Below, piece after piece: positions 59,780 through 64,000 of a stretch of DNA of 64,000 nucleotides. Position 1 is the first letter of the stretch. Each line of letters opens with the position of its first letter. Origin of the DNA: Desulforhopalus sp. (GTDB taxonomy: Bacteria; Desulfobacterota; Desulfobulbia; Desulfobulbales; Desulfocapsaceae); the NCBI GenBank assembly GCA_013139415.1, contig WTAT01000443.1, forward strand, positions 3,087 to 67,086, read 5' to 3'. A model generated the notes under the pieces. That model worked only from the letters and a program-made list of their open reading frames with translations. It was not told the origin of the DNA and did no database searches. A program made the position numbers and the translations under genes.

Positions 59780-62700
59780 TTAATTCGGTTTGGCTTTCTG
59801 CTCCCAGCGTTTCTTTCTTGGCGTTAAGGCTATCGGTTTTTTGGAAAAGGTAATCGCCTTATAGTTGAGAATTTCCTCCACTTGATCTGTGAGTTGTCGG
59901 CATGGCCTGACGGTGAGGTCTTTGAGAACTTCAATATCGACCTCGCCCCTTCCTTGAAAATGGAGGGTCAGTAAGACTGGACAGGAGCCGTGAAACTGAT
60001 AGAGGATTTTTTTCACCTTCTCCATCTGCTGCCTTGAGAGCTTGTCTGCTTCGAGTTTGATTTTTGCCGAATCGGTGTATTTTTCTCTCGCTTCCTGAAG
60101 AGAATTAATAGAGTCTGCAATGATCTTTGGACCCCGCTCATCCTTTTGTACCGTTCCCTGAACAATAATCGGATCGGTTGAAGAAAGTATTTCTTCACAT
60201 CGGCTATAGGTATCAGGAAAGACGACTACTTCGACGGCTTCATAGATGTCTTCAATGGCCAGAAAGGCCATTGGATCACCTCTTTTACTTTTCAGCTTTT
60301 TGCATGATCGAATGAGCCCGCCAATTCTAACAGGCTGTTCATCTCCCCATTCGGCCAAATTCTGTATTGTACAGTCGGTGACCGTGTTAATCTCATGGAT
60401 GGCAAGGTCGAGGGGATGACCGGTAATGTAGAAACCCACTGTCTCTTTTTCGTGGACAAGTCTTTTACGTTCCTCCCATTCAGGGATATCGGGCATTGGA
60501 ATAGCAGAGATTTGTGGTTGACTCTCTGCCTCAGGGGCTACTGAAAAGAGAGACATCTGGCCACTTTGCAGATCGCGCTGTACCGCCTTTGCCTGCTCCA
60601 TCGCCTGGTCGAGGACAGCAAAATATTGTGCTCGTTTGTAACCGAGAGAGTCAAAAGATCCTGATTTTATAAGACTTTCAATAACCCTGCTGTTGACCCG
60701 CCTTGAATCGACGCGATTGCAAAAATCACTGAGCGAGGTGAATTTGGAGTTTTTTTCTCGTTCTTCGATGATAGAATCCAGAGCCGATTCACCGACATTT
60801 TTAACAGCGGCCAGACCAAAGCGAACTCTATCGTCAATTACACTGAAATCCTTAATACTCTCATTGATATCGGGAGGCAGTACCTCGATAGTATGTTCCT
60901 TACATTCATTGATGTAGAGTACAATTTTATCGGTATTGTTCATGTCACAGGAGAGCAGGGCGGCCATGAATTGGGGCATGTAGTGTGCCTTCAGGTAGGC
61001 CGTCTGGTAGGAGACAAGAGCATATGCCGCAGAATGGGACTTGTTGAATCCGTAGCCTGCGAACTTAGCCATGAGATCAAAAATATATTCTGCCTTGTCT
61101 TTGGGATGGTTGTTTTTTATGGCTCCGGCCATAAATTTAACCTTTTCCTCATCCATTACTTCAGCAATTTTTTTACCCATCGCCCGGCGGAGGATATCGG
61201 CGTCACCTAGAGAGTAACTTGCAAGGATATTGGCTATTTTCATAACCTGTTCCTGGTAAACGATCACGCCATAGGTCTCTTCCAGTACATGCTTTATGTC
61301 AGGGAGCGGATAATTCGCAGTTTTTCTTCGGTGTTTGGTCTCGACAAAATCGTCCACCATGCCAGAGTCAAGTGGACCGGGACGATAGAGGGCGACCAGG
61401 GCGATAAGGTCGCTGAACTGTTCTGGGGCAAGTTTGACAAGCAGTTCCCGCATACCGGAACTCTCCAACTGGAAAACACCCTGTGCATCGCCACTGCAGA
61501 GGAGATCAAAGGTCTTGGCATCGTCCATCGGAATGGTATCGATATTGAGATCAATACCAATGTCTTTTTTAATATGTTTGAGTGCTTTATCAATGACCGT
61601 GAGAGTTTTTAGTCCGAGAAAGTCAAACTTTATCAGACCAGTCATCTCGGTATGTTTCATATCATACTGGGTCAGGGTCTCCTCATTGCTCCCCCTGCAT
61701 GTTGGAAGATACTGGGTCATGGGACCGGGTGAGACGACGACACCTGCAGCATGGGTGGAGGTGTGTCTCGCCAGACCTTCAAGAGTTTTTGATACGGAGA
61801 GCAGTTCAGCTATTCGCGGATCGTAATCGGCAGATTCCTGGATCTTTGGCTCTTCCACCATCGCTTTTTTGATGGTCATCTTCAGCTGATCCGGAATAAG
61901 CTTAGCCACTTTATCGACTTCGCCGAAGGGGATGTCCAGCGCACGGCCCACATCGCGGATCACTCCCCGGGCCTTCATCGAACCGTAGGTAACTATTTGC
62001 GCTACGTGAGCGGGACCACCATATTTCTGTCTGACGTAGTCTATGACTTCACCACGCCGCTCCTGACAGAAATCGATATCAAAGTCAGGCATCGATTTTC
62101 GTTCGATGTTAAGAAAACGTTCGAAAATAAGCCCGTAGGGGATAGGGTCGATATTGGTGATGAGCATACAGTATGCGGCAAGGCTGCCGGCACCTGATCC
62201 TCTACCAGGACCTACCGGAATGTCATGGTCTTTAGCCCAGGTTATAAAATCGGCCACGATTAAAAAATAAGCAGGGAAGCCCATAGTGCTGATGACGTCG
62301 ATTTCCATTTTCAGCCGATCAGTATATATCTTTTCAACCTCAGCATTGAAGGTACCTGCTTCCCGCATTTGATTAAAGCGTGCCTTGAGTCCGTCCCAAC
62401 AGGCCGTCTTAAACATCGAATCGAGGCTTTCCCCCTCTGGTACCGGGAAATTAGGAAAATAGTAATCCCCAAAATCGATTTCCAGATTACAGCGGTCAGC
62501 GATCTCCTGGGTTGTGGTGATTGATTCAGGACAATGGCTGAAGCTTTTCTTCATAGTCTCCGGGGACTTGAAATAAAACTCGTCTGTAGAAAACCGAAAT
62601 CGTTTTGGATCGTTTATGGTTTTGCCGGTTTGGATACAGAGCAAAAGTTCATGGGCATGCGCCTCTTCTCTATTGAGATAATGGCAGTCGTTGGTGGCGA

Positions 62701-63304
62701 CGAGTTTGATACCCATTTTCGCACCCAGCTGCTTTAAGCCATTATTGACATGTTGCTGTTCCGGGATGCCATTTTCCTGAATCTCAAAATAGAGACGGTC
62801 ACCGAAAATATCGTAAAGCTCCTGGGCTTTTTTCTCAGCACCGGGCATGTCATTCTTGCCGATGAGGTAAGGGACCTGGCCGTGCAGACAGGCTGTCATG
62901 GCAATGATGCCTTCATTGTTCTCCCGGAGAACATCCATGTCTATTCTAGGTTTGTAGTAAAATCCCTCAAATTGAGCGATACTGGCCATTTTCATCAAAT
63001 TTTGATAACCGGTGTGATTCATGGCCAGGAGAACAATATGGAAGGCGATGTTTCCATCGACTACTTTTCTTACTCGCATATCTCCAGGAGCTATATAAAG
63101 TTCGCTCCCGACTATCGGTTTTATGCCTGCTTTTTTCGCCTTGGCATAGAATTCCAGAGCTCCGAACATTGCACCGTGATCGGTAATTGCCACGCTGTCC
63201 ATGCCGTACTCTTTACATTTATCAAGAAGGTCAGCAATACGGATAGCACCGTCCAAAAGACTATATTGGGAATGAACATGAAGATGGGTAAATCCTGCAC
63301 TCAT
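59780..63304 (-). CDS. dnaE: DNA polymerase III alpha subunit
   Basis: HLHVHSQYSLLDG PHP domain, GRGSGAGS, MPDFDIDF, YGFNKSH. Confidence 0.98.
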   Translation of the reverse strand: MSAGFTHLHVHSQYSLLDGAIRIADLLDKCKEYGMDSVAITDHGAMFGALEFYAKAKKAGIKPIVGSELYIAPGDMRVRKVVDGNIAFHIVLLAMNHTGYQNLMKMASIAQFEGFYYKPRIDMDVLRENNEGIIAMTACLHGQVPYLIGKNDMPGAEKKAQELYDIFGDRLYFEIQENGIPEQQHVNNGLKQLGAKMGIKLVATNDCHYLNREEAHAHELLLCIQTGKTINDPKRFRFSTDEFYFKSPETMKKSFSHCPESITTTQEIADRCNLEIDFGDYYFPNFPVPEGESLDSMFKTACWDGLKARFNQMREAGTFNAEVEKIYTDRLKMEIDVISTMGFPAYFLIVADFITWAKDHDIPVGPGRGSGAGSLAAYCMLITNIDPIPYGLIFERFLNIERKSMPDFDIDFCQERRGEVIDYVRQKYGGPAHVAQIVTYGSMKARGVIRDVGRALDIPFGEVDKVAKLIPDQLKMTIKKAMVEEPKIQESADYDPRIAELLSVSKTLEGLARHTSTHAAGVVVSPGPMTQYLPTCRGSNEETLTQYDMKHTEMTGLIKFDFLGLKTLTVIDKALKHIKKDIGIDLNIDTIPMDDAKTFDLLCSGDAQGVFQLESSGMRELLVKLAPEQFSDLIALVALYRPGPLDSGMVDDFVETKHRRKTANYPLPDIKHVLEETYGVIVYQEQVMKIANILASYSLGDADILRRAMGKKIAEVMDEEKVKFMAGAIKNNHPKDKAEYIFDLMAKFAGYGFNKSHSAAYALVSYQTAYLKAHYMPQFMAALLSCDMNNTDKIVLYINECKEHTIEVLPPDINESIKDFSVIDDRVRFGLAAVKNVGESALDSIIEEREKNSKFTSLSDFCNRVDSRRVNSRVIESLIKSGSFDSLGYKRAQYFAVLDQAMEQAKAVQRDLQSGQMSLFSVAPEAESQPQISAIPMPDIPEWEERKRLVHEKETVGFYITGHPLDLAIHEINTVTDCTIQNLAEWGDEQPVRIGGLIRSCKKLKSKRGDPMAFLAIEDIYEAVEVVVFPDTYSRCEEILSSTDPIIVQGTVQKDERGPKIIADSINSLQEAREKYTDSAKIKLEADKLSRQQMEKVKKILYQFHGSCPVLLTLHFQGRGEVDIEVLKDLTVRPCRQLTDQVEEILNYKAITFSKKPIALTPRKKRWEQKAKPN

Positions 63305-63306
63305 AA

Positions 63307-63999
63307 TTATTCTTTGAATCCTTGTATGCTTTCGAGATGGGCGCCGGAAAGGATAGCGCCTTTGAATATTGCTCCAGTGACGGTTGCACGAATGAGATTA
63401 CTGCCGGTGAGATCAGCATCTGAGAGATCGCAGTCGGTAAGGTTAGCGCCGGCAAGATTGATTCGGGCGAGTTTTGCTCCCCTGAGGTTGGCTCCGGCTA
63501 GATTAGCTCTTCGAAGATTGGCATCACGAAGATCCGCCCCCGATAGATTGCTGCCGGCAAGATTTGCTCTAATCAATTGAGCACCTCTCAGGTTGACACC
63601 AGCAAAATTGCAGTCAGGACAATTGCGAGCAAGTCTTATCAGGGTCTGTTCTTTTTCTTCACTGGAAAGACGGGTGACATGGGGTTCACTCTGACTTTGA
63701 ACTATATGTTTACTGTTTTCAGCCGGGTTTTGGTTTACCAGTTCGTCGTCATGGTCTGGCGAAGTTGTGCCTGTGTAATATCTTGCACCGTTAGTGGTAA
63801 AAAAGATTACTTTTTCTTTTTCTTCGATAAGCTTGTAACATTTTAGATCACCAAAATACCAGAGAGTAAATTTCATACAGAGCTGATTATCGGAAGTGAT
63901 GCTCCATCTTCCTTTGTCCTGCTCTCCCTTAAGACTCGTCGCACTCAGGTGACCATTTGACTGGTATTGCACCTTTGCATCGAAATCGATTGCTTCAAG
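63307..63999 (-). CDS. pentapeptide-repeat protein (5' partial)
   Basis: CPDC followed by tandem A(N/D)Lxx repeats; frame open to the window edge. Confidence 0.85.
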   Translation of the reverse strand, partial: LEAIDFDAKVQYQSNGHLSATSLKGEQDKGRWSITSDNQLCMKFTLWYFGDLKCYKLIEEKEKVIFFTTNGARYYTGTTSPDHDDELVNQNPAENSKHIVQSQSEPHVTRLSSEEKEQTLIRLARNCPDCNFAGVNLRGAQLIRANLAGSNLSGADLRDANLRRANLAGANLRGAKLARINLAGANLTDCDLSDADLTGSNLIRATVTGAIFKGAILSGAHLESIQGFKE

Positions 64000-64000
64000 A

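Noticed and set aside
62750-63580. Long antisense ORFs (e.g. 62750-63580, 37930-38526, 57992-58579, 1590-2147)
   Set aside because: They shadow well-conserved genes on the opposite strand and carry no motifs of their own.
63307-63999. Pentapeptide protein as a Qnr quinolone-resistance gene
   Set aside because: Repeats are confined to the C-terminus after an unrelated domain and CxxC; architecture differs from Qnr and there is no mobile context.

Overview
Chromosomal window from an anaerobic sulfur-cycling bacterium, inferred from gene content to be Desulfobacterota (Desulfocapsaceae/Desulfobulbaceae-like). Most of it is housekeeping: feoAB, glnS/gltX, serA, ispE-tRNA(Gln)-prs-rplY-pth, carD, rho, rpmE-prfA-prmC-murA, pilSR-like, tatC, fba, dxs-ispA-xseB, xerC-hslVU, dnaE. 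Two things stand out. (1) A ~14.7 kb minus-strand redox cluster (27279-41962). It encodes a hidden selenoprotein (in-frame UGA in an E-U-G-H motif plus a SECIS-like hairpin), two MetF paralogues, MetV, MvhD, a double-FAD HdrA, HdrB, a NarI-like membrane subunit carrying a CxxCH heme-c motif and four [4Fe-4S] motifs, a CooC-type ATPase, and an embedded HK/RR/two-ACT-protein module. It is a candidate membrane-wired Hdr-methylene-THF reductase system. (2) A dense set of nested small non-coding repeats: several MITE families with target-site duplications, plus 17-18 bp and 27-28 bp micro-modules that sit inside other repeats, near a decayed RAYT-type transposase and a group II intron fragment. The tRNA-Gln gene lies wholly inside the ispE ORF, and tatC is frameshifted at a T9 run. 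All calls are by eye from motifs; no database searches were run.
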